From the NCBI GenBank assembly GCA_951406725.2, contig OX597834.1, forward strand, positions 13,764,001-13,828,000: a stretch of 64,000 nucleotides of DNA, given 5' to 3'. Every line of letters starts with the position of its first letter. Position 1 is the stretch's first letter. This document shows positions 26,437 through 40,188 of this stretch, one piece after another. A program made the translations under genes and the position numbers. This DNA is from Octopus vulgaris (lineage: Eukaryota). The notes beneath the pieces are model-generated. The model was not told where the DNA came from and made no database searches. It was given only the letters and a program-made list of their open reading frames with translations.

Positions 26437-28102
26437 TGTATATGTGTACGTTTGTATGTATGTATTCTCCATATGCATGTTTGTGTGCATTTACGTGTGT
26501 TTCTTTGCATGTTTGTGTGTCTGTGTGTATATGAGTACATCTGTCTCCCTGTGCGTGCATAACTGAGTGCGTCGGTGTATGGGATTAAAGAAACAATAAT
26601 ATTTTGTTATCTGTAAAAATGATAATACAGGGAGATTTATAACCTATGCGTTCGGTTCCGTTATTCAATGAACCGAACACCTCGATCTGTTTGTTACTTT
26701 TAGCCTTCTGAGTGTTTGATGTCGAAACTAAAGACGTAAAGGCCTGTGTGTACAGACACACAACAAAAAAAAGCTCTTTAATATATCTAAGTTTGCGAAT
26801 GTATGTATATTATGAATTTTTATTCATGCCAGTTTACGTAATATGAAATGTGTTTAAATATAACGAATGAAATTGCTTATGTTCATGAATGCTAAAGTAT
26901 AATAACATTATTGTGATAAATATAATTTCATTTTAAAGTTTTATATACAGAAAATATTTATAAATCTACTTACACTAATTCCCCAAAGAAATCGAGGAAT
27001 TTTGTTGAGAGTCTGTAATTAGAAAATAAATATATTTCATCAGTTTTATGATATAAATAAGCAGTAATATTATAAGTAACAGATATAAGATATTAGAAGT
27101 AATAGTTACTTTATATCATTTCCATTACTTTCATACACCAACAAAAAGCGTTATGAAAAACGCATATGATATCACGCTTCTGAACGTTCTTCTATTGAAA
27201 GTAAATTTACTACTTTCCTTCCTAACAGCAACCACTTGTATTGTGGCGAAAAGCTATGTGCATATAACCTTTTCATACAGAAGTGGTTTAGTGACCTAGG
27301 AAATTTGTCGAAAACCAATTTACCGATACTATTTCATTGGTATGTATATCAGTCAACTACCATATTCCTAGAAAGACAAATTAAATGAGGATATAGTTGA
27401 TGGAGAACAAGCAAAATGCTAGTAAGTTTTTCAATATTTTGGTTTTAACGATGTTGGCCAAACCATATAGAAAGAGTGGTCTATTGAAATTTGATTCTAC
27501 TCATTCTCATTCTGATTTACCTTAAGGAGCAACTCGGAATGATAAAATATCCATACTTTAATTGTGTGAGCTTCGTATGTAGTTGATGCAAGCTTCAACC
27601 TACCCTTAAGTACCTACAACCTTCCTCATCAGAATAAGGGAAACAGATACGTTATTGATGGGTATCTGCTAGTCTTGTTCACAGTTTCCCTCTTTTCACA
27701 ACTATATAGCAACATGCACCGTGACCAAATGCCAACCCTATATCCTAGATACAACAAGAATGTTGTAACTAGGTCAAGGATCTTTCTTATTACATATGAA
27801 AGGGTTTCCAGAATATATAAAGGACCTATACCTCTGCGATACTGTATTCCATCACTGATATTACAAACATTCCTTGTATTTAAATCAAGATGGTGGCCCA
27901 CGAAGAAATCAGGTTATTTATGGCTTTGGCTATGCTCACTGTAACTTTAGCAAGTCAAAGGTCATCTAGCATCATGAGTGGGGGACAGAGTCAAAGGTGT
28001 TTTTGTAATCCAGCCACATTGAATCTAAGTCCATCTTCTACTCACACACGACAACAATTGCTCGGCACACCCACACACACCCTTCTTCCCAGTTGTTTGT
28101 TC

Positions 28103-28410
28103 TTAGTTAGTTAGTTAGTTAATTTTTGGCTCAAAAAGCAAAAAGCAAGGCCATGTAGGGGGACATGGAGTTATGTACAGGGTGGTGTTCATGTAAAGAG
28201 TTCAGGCCACTTGTGGTCAAGGGAGACTTTGAACCGAGCGGTCGTCGGCATCCTCACCATCTCGTCCGGCAGCTTATTCCACGTATCCGCAACCCGGACG
28301 GAGAAATCCCCTCTCCTTCGATTGAGATGAAATCGTCGCAGATAGAGCTTTTCGGAATGACCCCGCAGCCGGCGATCTGGAGCAGGAGTGAAGAACAGCT
28401 CTTTCGATAG
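28103..28410 (-). mobile_element. CR1-group LINE 3' fragment
   Basis: RLRGHSEKL...RRGDFSVRVADTWNKLP...FKVSLD ORF2 C-terminus, short UTR, (TAAC)n tail. Confidence 0.85.
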
Positions 28411-28449
28411 GTTCTGGTGTGATGATATAATCTTATTATTTTCCCAGTG

Positions 28450-28700
28450 TCGTGACACAGAGAGTGACAAGGCCGGCCCTTTGAAATACAGGTACAACAG
28501 AAACAGGAAGTAAGAGTGAGAGAAAGTTGTGGTGAAAGAGTACAGCAGGGATCACAACCATCACCTGCCGGAGCCTCGTGGAGATTTTGTTTTAGGTGTT
28601 TTCTCTCAATAAACACTCAGAACGCCCGGTCTGGGAATCGAAACCGCGATCCTATGACCGCGAGTCCGCTGCCCTAACCACTGGGCTATTGCGCCTCCAC
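28450..28700 (-). mobile_element. SINE family C, 3'-truncated
   Basis: reverse complement of 44280-44525. Confidence 0.85.
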
Positions 28701-29185
28701 GCGTAAAGGCTATACGAGTCTTAGAAAAGGAATTTTGATGTAAATATTTGTATTGTCTTAAAATATCTGCTGTTACAACGAAATCATCGGATCTATTTCA
28801 GAAATAAATATTAATGCACTATGTATATTTTCTTTGGTGTAAACACAGAAAACGTATAAAATCTGGAAAAACCCTAGGTCACAAAATTTGTTCAAAATGA
28901 AGTTCACTTCAGTACCACAAGGAATGAGGAATTGCAAAATATCCAGAAAATTAGATGGGAACTGTCAAAGTATACATATTTTATATGCTTAAATATGAAT
29001 TATAAATCACGAGGAATTACCTCCGTGGCATCGTTTCACGGCACTTTGTGCGCAGATTAAAAGAGATTTTCGTCCAACTCCCGTATGCAACTAAACCTAC
29101 GTTCTATATATAATAGATGTCCTTTAGTGTAATAATGTTTTTCACCCCTTTCGAAGTAACAGGGAGATTAGTGTGTCTATGAAAA

Positions 29186-29558
29186 TCTCTCTCTACATAA
29201 ACGACAGTTTGTCTGTGCGTGTTTCTGTGTGTCTGTTTGCTTGTACCCTCACTTTCAACCGATTCTGATGAAACTTGACACACACATAGCCCAATGTCAT
29301 AATTCAAAACTAACACAGCGAAAATTTTGAAAAGTTCCCCCAGTTCTGAAAAAAATCGATAAATTCGACATGGGGTCGAGAATCAGAAACACAAACCGCA
29401 AACTCTCTAGGGGACGCAACTCCACCTTTTTTAACTAAAAAAAAAAAATTACCATCTTTTTTTTTCCATTTTTTTGCTATTTTTTGGCTATAACTCTCTA
29501 AAAATGCTTTATAGTTATTTCCCTTACAAACCTGAGCAACGCCGGGCGATACTGCTAG
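29186..29558 (+). mobile_element. non-autonomous Helitron (different 5' part, shared 3' end)
   Basis: 5' TC; 3' ttatttcccttacaaacctgagcaacgccgggcgatactgCTAG shared with 13761 and 48101 copies. Confidence 0.75.
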
Positions 29559-29814
29559 TATTAAATAATGGAAACAGCTTGGGCAAGGGAAGATTGATGC
29601 GGAGATCTGGAAGTTTGGATGGTAATCCATGGAGTACGACTTTTCGTTGCAAAGTTACGTCCGGAAGAACGCAGCAATTTTTCAACAGGTTTTTACGTTT
29701 CCTTCAATTACTCAAATCCCGCGAAACACCAAATCAGATAGTTTCAGTACATCACATTTAGCTATGCCTTCCAGAGAAAAAAATTATTTCAAATCGGATC
29801 TTACAGGGGGATGT

Positions 29815-30013
29815 ATTCTTTTCTTTTTCTTTTACTTGTTTCAGTCATTTGACGGCGGCCATGCTGGAGCGCCGCCTTTAGTCGAGCAAATCGACCCCGG
29901 GATTTATTCTTTGTAAGCCCAGTACTTATTCTAGCGGTTACTTTTGCCGAACTGCTAAGTAACGGGGACGTAAACACACCAGCATCGGTTGTCAACCAAT
30001 GCTAAGGGAACAA

Positions 30014-30048
<35 letters not shown>

Positions 30049-30216
30049 CATATATACGACAGGCTTCTTTCAGTTTCCGTCTATCAAATCCACTCACAAG
30101 GCATTAGTAGGCCCGGGGCTATAGTAGAAGACACTTGCCCAAGATGCCACGCAGTGGGACTGAACCCGGAACCATGTGGTTGGTTAGCAAGCTACTTACC
30201 AGACAGCCACTCCTGT
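29815..30216 (-). mobile_element. SINE family A
   Basis: reverse complement of 145-556. Confidence 0.9.
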
Positions 30217-30523
30217 ATATTTATCAATGTTACATCACACCATGAAAAGTCGCCATCTTGAACAAATATCAATTAGGATACATTTACCAGAAGTCTTTAA
30301 AAGATTACATGAAATTTATTGACACATACACACAGGCGCATATACACACTTACACTTACACACACACACACACAATCACACATATATGACTGTGCATACG
30401 GATAAAACATGGCATGAACATATCAAAAAACAATTACTCACTGTAAATCTGCACTCCTTCTCTTTCTCCTATAAGAAAACATTAAAGTTGATAAATAAGT
30501 TATAAATGGAATGTATGTATATA

Positions 30524-30585
<62 letters not shown>

Positions 30586-30867
30586 CAACAATTGAGGGTA
30601 AAATTAATTAATTAATCAATTTCACCAAGTGTTCAGTATGTAAAAGGACCATTTAAGGCGAATTCAAAATATTACATTATATAATTAGGGCTTAGTAAAA
30701 TAAATTACTTTGCCACATACTGAACTTAGTAGAAATAGCAGCCCCCAAAATTTTTTTTATTAGCATTTCTACTACTTAAAGAAAATTTCTCTCAAATAAT
30801 GTTTACTCCAGACAGCTCACGAAGGTTTGGGGGTAAATACAGAAAAATATCACAAGTACATAGATCG

Positions 30868-30930
30868 TTTGAGTACGTCAACGTTTCAAGTTTAGCCAAA
30901 TAAAATCAGCATTTCTTTCGTCAGCTCAAA
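30868..30930 (-). ncRNA. type I hammerhead ribozyme motif
   Basis: tttgag-CTGACGA-aag..ctt-GAAA-cgt-tg-acg-TA-ctcaaa; complete core, all three stems pair. Confidence 0.8.
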
Positions 30931-31057
30931 ATTTCTTAATTTGGATTTGGAACCGGAGTAAACACATAAATGTGAAACAAGGTGGAAAAAAGAGTACTCA
31001 AATACCAGTGGTAGAGTAATATGCTTTATTTAAATGCAGCAGAAAATTCAACAAAAT

Positions 31058-31095
31058 TTGTTACTCTGAGTTTCACGTTCCCGTTCGTCAGACAG
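31058..31095 (-). ncRNA. minimal type I hammerhead ribozyme motif
   Basis: ctgt-CTGACGA-acg-ggaa-cgt-GAAA-ctcagag-TA-acaa; GNRA-capped stem II, near-palindromic stem III. Confidence 0.8.
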
Positions 31096-32208
31096 TTTTT
31101 GCTAGATTCTCTCCCAGCCGTTCCATTCCACTGGCATCAACTTCCCTACCTCCAAAACATACAGACACATGCGCTTACTACCTACGAATACTTCGTTATC
31201 ATTGTAAATACCCTTGTCTTTCTCCTTTTCTCTCCTCTCATCCTCACGAGGAGGGTAAGCGTAAAGCTCCACCTTCCATTATGACTAACCATGTGATCAC
31301 ACCTACAAGACTCTCGTAGCAGGCACAAGTTAGGGCAAGGTTGTTTATGGAAGACCTGCTGTTATGAAAGACACACCCATGCACCAGTAACGTCGCAACT
31401 CATTTCTAAAAGCTGAGTGAACCGGAGCAACGTGAAATAAAATATCTTGCTCAAGAATACCACAGACAGTCCAGTTCGGCAATCGAAATCACCACCTCAT
31501 GCCTGTGAATCCCATATTCTATCCAGAGAGCCATTCGTATATAATAATATATAATTATGAATATTTATTTGATGTTCCTGTTTGCACAAAACTGACCGAC
31601 CTTTACATTTCATCAGGCCAGTGGCTGACATGACTTCAGAACCAATTAAGGATATGTTGGCCTTAGGGCCTCATACATAAAATACACTACACACCAAGAA
31701 GATCAACGCCGAAACATCAGACAGAACAAAATGAGACATAGTATATTTAAAAATTGATTTGAATACGCCTTACAGTTTTATGTATTAAAATTCCAACAGC
31801 GTGAAATATAGTTCATTTTTAGATTTGGCTGGCAAGATTCTGCATGTGAGTTCGTGTCATGAAGCATATTTTATTGTGCCTGGTGAGAGTCACTCTCTTT
31901 TAGCACCTTATTATTTAAAACTTCCACTTATTTATTTTTCCAAAAATTTTCGTTGAGTCTTGCAACCTTTTCAGTAGTCTAACATCCGTGTCTCATTCTT
32001 TTTGTTTGTTTGGGCGCATGTGTGTGGGTCGGTGTGTGCTCACAAACACACATGTGTATGTATGCATGAATGCATGCTTGCTAGCAAGTCTGTGTGTGTA
32101 TGCACATTCAGAAACATATACACACACACCAATATACATAAATATATATATATACGTTTAAATATTTGTTGTGCAAGATTTTTTATGTGAAGTCGTGTGT
32201 TGAAACAG

Positions 32209-32485
32209 ATATTGTTATATTTCGGAATGGTCATATTGCCAGTTTAGCCAATAAAAACACACGCACTATATATTTGGTGTTATTTTGCTTCAGTGATATT
32301 TATTTTTTACATTAATCTTAATCTTATTTCGGCCAAAGTTCTTTCGTCACACTCCTGTGACCGCATCAGTGGTCCTTTGTTTTCTTCTCACTTACTTGTG
32401 TCTCTCCTTACTAACCGTCAGCCAATAAATATATAGTGCGTGTGTTTTTATTGGCTAAACTGGCAATATGACCATTCCGAAATAT

Positions 32486-32493
<8 letters not shown>
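32209..32493. repeat. perfect ~67-bp inverted repeat (32209-32275 / 32427-32493) abutting (TA)n, hammerhead-like motif in spacer
   Basis: arms read as exact reverse complements; minus 32331-32375 ggacca-CTGATGC-g-gtcac..gtgac-GAAA-gaac-TT-tggcc. Confidence 0.75.
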
Positions 32494-32564
<71 letters not shown>

Positions 32565-32568
<4 letters not shown>

Positions 32569-32738
32569 TACGACGGGCAAGCATCTTTCAGTTTCCGTCT
32601 GTCAAATCCAATTCACAAGGCTTTGGTCGGCCCGAGGCTATAGTAGAAGACATTTGCCTAAGGTGCCACGCAGTGAGTGAACCCGGCACTATGTGATTCA
32701 TAAATAAGCTACTTACCACACAGCCACTATTACGCCTA
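32565..32738 (-). mobile_element. SINE family A, 5' half
   Basis: head up to internal microsatellite. Confidence 0.75.
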
Positions 32739-33016
32739 TTTTAAAGAGCTACGCATAAATGGTTACACTACAAACAATACAAACACAAAATACATTATTT
32801 CGTTGAAAAGATATCAAAATGTCTGACCTTATATTTGAGGGAATGGCGAAAGGCTCGTTAAAAACCTTGTAGAAACAGGAGAAAGCTGGTTGAATTGTAT
32901 CCGTTTCTTTGTATTTAAAGAAGTAGATAGGGAACATTAATAGCAGATGAACGTACCTGAAGACAAATCATGGAAATATATATTAACTCTCTTATAAAAA
33001 ATAACTGTCATATGTT

Positions 33017-33310
33017 TTGTTTGTTCCTTCTCGGGCCACGCCTGGCTCATTAGAGCCGGTTTCCTGGTTTCATTGGCGTATAGGTTCCCCACCTGGACGG
33101 GACGCCGGTCCATCGCAGGTGAGCTACAAGAGGAAAGAGAATGTTGTGGCGAAAGTGTCAGCAGAAGTTCACCACTACCTTCTGCCGGAGCCATGTGGAG
33201 CTTAGGTGTTTTCGCTCGTAAACACACACATCGCCCGGTCTGAGATTCGAACCCGCGGTTCATCGACCGCACGTCCGCTGCTCTAACCACCTGCCCATGT
33301 GCCTCCACAA
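33017..33310 (-). mobile_element. SINE family C head with ctgcgatggac-type tail
   Basis: gtggaggcacatgggcaggtggttagagc head; tail related to 34330-34510, 40805, 47801. Confidence 0.8.
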
Positions 33311-33756
33311 CTCTCATATGAAAATAATTCTCAAATAAGCTTACGCATAGCCACCCCATCGATTTATGACATGGATACAAGCAATTGTATGTTGAGGGCA
33401 ATCAATCATATTTCCTTCAAAAATGTTGGTATCAAGAAACAGTGATTCCGTTTTGCTTTCGACGACACTTAATATGAAGCACTGTAATAAGCAAGCGACA
33501 TCGCTCGGTCCCTTGCGCATGCGCTCTCCCGAGTTAATAGACACTTTATAATTTCTTCAAAGTAATATGAGTTTTCTTTTTTTTTTTTTTTTTTTGTTTG
33601 TTTTTTTAATAGAGTGAGAACTTTAAAATAAACTGAAAATAGTCCCGCACTTTTTCAATCGCTATATTATAGATGCAAGGTCTTTTTTTGTTTTTAAGGA
33701 TGGGAAAATATATGAAAACATATTTCCGCTCTTAATTTCGTCGTGAATTAGTTTTT

Positions 33757-33792
<36 letters not shown>

Positions 33793-34329
33793 CACATCAT
33801 TCTCATTTTAGAAAAACTATGCCATTAAAATTGACTGAAATATGTAATACCATCTCCAAACTGACTGAAATATGTAATACCATCTCCCTTATTCCTCAGT
33901 CAAAATAAGTCGTTCTATCTCCGAGCATTTGTAGTGAGAAAGTGAAATCGTTACTTAAGACACTTGTAATATGAATATAAAAATAGATTAAAAGACCACT
34001 TACTTAATGTCCCAAACCTTATCCATTGCACTTATTACAATGGAACGGGTATATCTCAATTTGCTCTGGAAGAGCCCATCGCTGGAGCAATACTCTAAGC
34101 TGAAAGATAGAGAGGGATAATGAATTCTTTTATAGAAATGATACTGAGTTTGTTACGAGGTGGGTATTCACGTGTGGTGTAAAACTGTATTATACAAATA
34201 GTTGACTGGGGTTATCTAAAAATACCTTAAAACAGAAATATATGTTGACACAAAACGCAACACGTACAAACCGAACGTGAATGCGATGTTCAGTACAGAA
34301 CTGTTCAGCTACCGAGTGTTAAATCATTA

Positions 34330-34510
34330 GGGCCAGTTTTCTGGTTTACTTGGCGTATAGGTTCCCCCACCTGGACGGGACACCGGTCCATCGCAGGTGA
34401 GCTACAAGACGCAGGAGGAAAGAGTGAGAGAAAGTCAGCAGAAGTTCGCCATTATCTTCTGCCGGAGCCATGAGGAGCTAAGGTGTTTTCGTTCATAAAC
34501 ACACACATCG
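34330..34510 (-). mobile_element. SINE family C fragment
   Basis: matches 33055-33232. Confidence 0.75.
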
Positions 34511-35447
34511 TTAAACAACACGGTCGATTTAAGACCGTTAACTATTGCCCCACCCTCGTAAGTTAACTCAGCTCTCATTGAATGTAATCCGTTAACCCAC
34601 CTTCAGTCACGTAGGGATGTTCAGCGTTGTCCCATAACGCAGTTTAAAGCCTTCAGGATATTTCATGTGTGAACAAAACAGACCAAATACCAGAACATCT
34701 TTCTCTCACAATTCACAAATGAAGAGATTTATCAAATGCTGAATTCTTACATTCATGCTTGGTACCTCATATTTACGAAGTGATATTCGCTCACTGACAA
34801 TGTAGAACCCCAATTATTTAGATCAGCAAATGTCATGAACGCATATTTCCTTAACGAACGTTGCTCCAATTCGGAAACTAATTATTCCAACGAATCACAT
34901 GTATTTCACGTATATTGACTCGAAAAGTTTTGCTGAATAATTAGGAGCGTAAGTATTATTCTTAACAACTCAAAAACCGAATAACATAAATTTAAAACAT
35001 TTTATTCAGAAAAATAGGTATAAGTAGTTATGTCATCATAAATCCAGCACGTGAGCCTTTCTACAAAATGAATAATAATGTACTTGAGCAGTTGTGGACA
35101 GCCTAGAGGTTTTGTTGTCTCATGAACAATATACAAGAGATAAATGTTCTCGGGAAAAATTGATTGGCGGGCGTCGTTTTTCCCCCATGAATCATCATTT
35201 TCATTTTCATTTCATATAATATTACATCTACGCCCTGCCAGCAAATTGCTCATAAAATTCCCATAACACTTTACTTTTAAAATTTAGGTTATATTCCGCA
35301 TACTTTCAATAACTTCGTGACTTCAATATTTCGAGTATATTTTTAGATGTAAAGAAGAATGTTGAGTGAATGTTACTAATTATAAAACAAATATAGATTT
35401 TACGTTACAAATAAATCTCCTTTTGCATATATATGTATATATATATA

Positions 35448-35786
<339 letters not shown>

Positions 35787-35945
35787 ACCGAATATATGGT
35801 GTTGTGTATTTCCACCTCGGCATCTGAAACTCAGAGTTTTATCTTGGCTATTGGACAATTGTCACATATTATTTTACAGATATCTTTCCTCTATTTACAT
35901 AATATTGAAGTCGCTTTCTTTCTTTTGTTATCTTACCGTTTTTGC

Positions 35946-36006
<61 letters not shown>

Positions 36007-36119
36007 CGTGTGTGTGTGTATGTTTGCTTGTACATATGTTTGCGTGTCTACAGATAGTTTGCCACTAGATACATTTTTTCTCTCCTTGTTTCTCCTCTTG
36101 TTTTCTTTTTTTCTGAGTT

Positions 36120-36157
36120 CCTTTCTGTAGATGAGCGTAGGCTCGAAACGTAAAAGG
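36120..36157 (+). ncRNA. hammerhead-like motif, CTGTNGA core variant
   Basis: ccttt-CTGTAGA-t-gagc-gtag-gctc-GAAA-cg-TA-aaagg. Confidence 0.55.
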
Positions 36158-36251
36158 CATCTTCTATTCCTGAGCGTTATACTAATACATCTGTTTGTTT
36201 TGTACACCACCTGTCTTCGCCTTTCGTTTTCTCACTATATATATATATATA

Positions 36252-36650
36252 CGAGGCCATCCCATAAAAAGAGCAGATTTGTTATGCTTCATTTATTTTT
36301 CAAAATTAAAATAAATTTCTTTTGAATCTTAAATATACTGTCCTTCATTTTCTACAATGTTCTATTTGATAGACCTGCAAGGCCTCTCTTCCAAAATTAA
36401 CTTCTCCGTGATGAAAAATACTCCTCCAGTGTTGTTCTGCAGTACTAGAGAAATCATATTTTTTTGTCCAAAATATTTTGATGAGCGTAGAATAGATGAT
36501 AATCTGATGTGGTAATGTCGGGCAAATATTTTGGATGTGGCATCGTTTTCCGTTCAAACTGCTCCAGCATTTGGAATGTCATCCCCGTTAAATGTGCCCG
36601 AGCATTATCCTGTTTGAAGAACACCTTTCGTTTCGAAACCAATGATAATT
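36252..36650 (-). mobile_element. mariner transposase C-terminal relic
   Basis: QDNARAH...HPKYLPDITTSDYHLF; TA-CGAGG terminus at 36250-36256. Confidence 0.8.
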
Positions 36651-36714
36651 GTTTCCCGATGACACGCAGGTGAATAGATGAATAACCAAATCGAAGCTTC
36701 CTTGCTATTCGGAA

Positions 36715-37000
36715 GAGTCCGCTCGTGAAATAACGTGGAAATGGCTCAACACTCCACAGACACGTATCGGAGAGATTCAGCGTGACACAGAGTGTGACAA
36801 GGCTGGTCCTTTGAAATACAGGTAATACAGAAGCAGGAAGAAAGAGTAAGAGACAGATGTGGTGAAAGAGTACATTTGGGTTGGCCACCATCCCCTGTTT
36901 GAGCCTTGTGGAGCTTTAGGTGTTTTCGCTCAATAAACACTCACAACGACCGGTCTGGGAATCGAAACCGCTACTCCGACCACTGGGCCATTACGCCCCT
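36715..37000 (-). mobile_element. SINE family C, degenerate
   Basis: aligns with 44280-44600. Confidence 0.75.
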
Positions 37001-37623
37001 ACACGAGTATATATGAAATATATATAAACATATATACTTACCTGCATATATAAACATATATACTTACCTGTGTGTGTGTGTGTGTGTATGTGTGTGTATA
37101 TAGCTTTGCATCTGTGTATCAAATTCAAACATGAAACACAATACCATATGTTGCAACTCTCCTATCAATGGTCCTGTAAGTGTATATGTGTGTAGAGAGG
37201 TAGACTCTTATTCCAGAAATAAAAGTGGAAAGTACCTGAGGAAAAAATTTTCCCAAGCGTGCTGCCTCGACTTGTACGTCATCAAGGTGGATATTCCTCC
37301 ACTTGAAAGTGAAAGGCTGCAAGAAAATAAATGTTAAAAGAATTTAACCTGGAAGGGTGATTATAGTTTCCAAGAGGTACCTCATAGCTATAAGGCAGAA
37401 TAACATGGTTGCAAGAAACGAGTATGTGGCATGACACTTTCTAATGAGAACTATAAATGACAAAGGAAATCAGGTAATTCATTTGAGTACAAGGAATTGC
37501 CTCTAAAATTCTCTTCCCAAACATAAGTTTTTGGGTTGTCTTATTAAATATGCAAAAATGAGCAACAGAGTGACATTTTGCTGGAAATAGTTTCCGTGCC
37601 TCCAGAGTTGTCCTCAGCAGAGG

Positions 37624-37699
<76 letters not shown>

Positions 37700-37753
37700 T
37701 ATAAATATATATATACTTTATATATAGACCTATGTACATATATATATATATGC

Positions 37754-37785
<32 letters not shown>

Positions 37786-37787
37786 GC

Positions 37788-37840
<53 letters not shown>

Positions 37841-37841
37841 A

Positions 37842-37874
<33 letters not shown>

Positions 37875-38006
37875 CATATACACAGATACATATATATGTA
37901 CATATATATAACGGGAAGGTTTGCGAAAATAAACAAAAGACGAAGGCAGGTGGAGTACAAACAAACAATGTATTAGTATGGCGCTCAGGAATAGAAATAA
38001 AACAAG

Positions 38007-38044
38007 TCTTTTACGTTTCGAGCCTAAGCTCTTCGACAGAAAGA
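38007..38044 (-). ncRNA. hammerhead-like motif, CTGTNGA core variant
   Basis: tcttt-CTGTCGA-a-gagc-ttag-gctc-GAAA-cg-TA-aaaga within (TA)n-bounded element 37909-38113. Confidence 0.55.
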
Positions 38045-38133
38045 TACACAGTAAAAGAAACAAGGATAGAAACAAGGAGATAAAAAAAATTGCGTGTAGG
38101 GGATAACGATCCAATATATATATATATATATAT

Positions 38134-38471
38134 ATCACCAATTGAGGGTAAAATTAATTAGTTATTAATCAATTTCACCAAGTATTCAGTATGTAAAAGG
38201 ACCATTTAAGGCGAATTCAAAATATTACATTATATAATTAGGGCTTAGTTCTAAAATAAAAATTTACTTTGCCACATACTTTAGAACTTTCTAGAAATAG
38301 CAGCTAGCCTAAAAAATATTATATATACTCTTTACTTTTATTTCAGTCACTACTTAAAGAAATTTTCTTTAAGTAGTGGAAATGGCTAAAAAACTTTTTC
38401 AGGCTAGCTATTTCTAGAAAGTTCAGTATGTGGCAAAGTAATTTATTTTGTGGTTGGTACTAAGCCCTAAT

Positions 38472-38480
<9 letters not shown>
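38134..38480. mobile_element. PLE-type fold-back fragment
   Basis: same start as 30581; arms ~38229-38362 / 38364-38480 with apex cactacttaaagaaa-t-tttctttaagtagtg. Confidence 0.7.
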
Positions 38481-38520
<40 letters not shown>

Positions 38521-38741
38521 AGATAGTGGTGGAAATAGCACGAAAGTACGTCTAAGACATTTCAGTTTAGGAAGGAATGTAATAAAAATGATTTTTAGAA
38601 ATTATTTTTTAAATTCTATAAAGAAAATATCACCGGTTTCCATGAATCTGATCTTACCAAATATCAATAAAAAATTTAAAAGATTTTGAAGTAAAAGCAG
38701 TTTAACTTCTGTCTTAGGGGTCAAGAACATGACTTGATGTA

Positions 38742-38999
38742 TACTCTTTCGCTTGTTCCAGTCATTTGACTGTGGCCATCCTAGAGCACTGCCTTTAGTC
38801 GATGAAATCGACGCCAGGACTTATTCTCTGTAAGCCTAGTACTTATTCTATCGGACTCTTTGGCCGAACCGCTAAGTTACGGGGCCGTAAACACACCAGC
38901 ATCAGCTGTCAAGCGATGTTGGGGGGGGGGGGCACAAACACAGACACACAAACATGCACACACACACACACAAACACGCACACCCACACACACACACAA

Positions 39000-39030
<31 letters not shown>
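38742..39030 (-). mobile_element. SINE family A, 3' half
   Basis: tail to internal microsatellite. Confidence 0.8.
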
Positions 39031-39044
<14 letters not shown>

Positions 39045-39384
39045 CTTATATATATCGTTTCTCCTATACCGAAAATATAGAAATCGAAAAAAACAATTTG
39101 AAAAAACGAAAACCACGAAAATGGTTAGGGCACACATTCTTTACCTTCGCCGTACGTGTGTCTTAAATGTGAAATTTATGGGTTTTCGAAGAAAAAAAAA
39201 ATAAGATGTTTAAGTGTGTATGATGACTTAAATATTTCAATGTTATGTTTTATGGACACAAGCCATTTTTTTCTATTTCAAGTAATATGCAAACGTTAGT
39301 ACATATGATTAAACATAAAGATACAGATAATGCGTTAGTATGTCCCTCAAAAAATAATTTATGAAAAGTTTATTGTAAATAATA

Positions 39385-39735
39385 AGGCGTAGGATTGGCT
39401 GGGTGGTAAGCAAACTACTTACCAACCACATGTTTCCGGGTTCAGTCGCACTGCATGGCACCTTGCGCATGTCTCTTCGGGGCGACCTAAGCCTTGTGAG
39501 TGGATTTTGGTAGGCGGATATGTGTGTGTGTATGTGTCTGTGTCTGTGTTTGTCCCCCAACATCACTTGACAACTAATGCTGGTGTGTTTATGTCCCCGT
39601 AACTTAGCGTTTCGGCAGAAAAGGCCGATAGAATAAATACTAGGCTTACAAAGAATAATCTCTGGGGTCGATTTGCTCGACTAAAGGCGGTGCTCCAGGA
39701 TGTCTCCAAGTCAAATGACTGAAACAAGTAAATGA
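39385..39735 (+). mobile_element. SINE family A, diverged
   Basis: head and tail recognisable, internal deletions. Confidence 0.8.
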
Positions 39736-40188
39736 GTAATGAGTTGAGCGTGAAACGCAACCCAAATTTGAAACTGAAGTACTTTTCGAGAGTATCTTCA
39801 CCTTATTTACTGCGTAAATACATCGTACGTCAGAATTACGCCCGTCTGGTGATGCTCAAGTCACTGGTTACCGACAACCAATGGTCACCGACAACCAAAT
39901 TATGATTCCTTTGGCTACACTTCAGTACTGCCTGTCCGAATACTAAAACCAAGGACCTAACAACCGATGCCTGCGCTAACTAGAGGTTGACCGTTTCGGC
40001 TACCCTCCAACCACTGTCTCCATATAGCTGGGGGTTGTGCGCAAATACGTACAAACGTACATCCGTGTATATAGGCTCCCCCCATCTCTCTCTCCTACAA
40101 ATTGCCATCCAATATCAAATGAACCCGACAGCAAACATATAGCAACTAAACTAGCAAACAACAATGAAAAAGTTAATAAAAAGTTAAT

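Larger units (their letters stand above)
30581..31240 (-). mobile_element. two adjacent PLE-type terminal-repeat fragments abutting (TA)n
   Basis: 30581-30950 related to 38134-38363; 30953-31105 related to 14482-14630; each has a hammerhead. Confidence 0.6.

Noticed and set aside
27600-28070. Possible decayed L2/CR1 ORF2 on minus strand
   Set aside because: Single weak motif (VMEYS); unsupported without a search
39983-40015. Minus-strand gccGAAAcggTCaacc half-hammerhead
   Set aside because: No CUGANGA half
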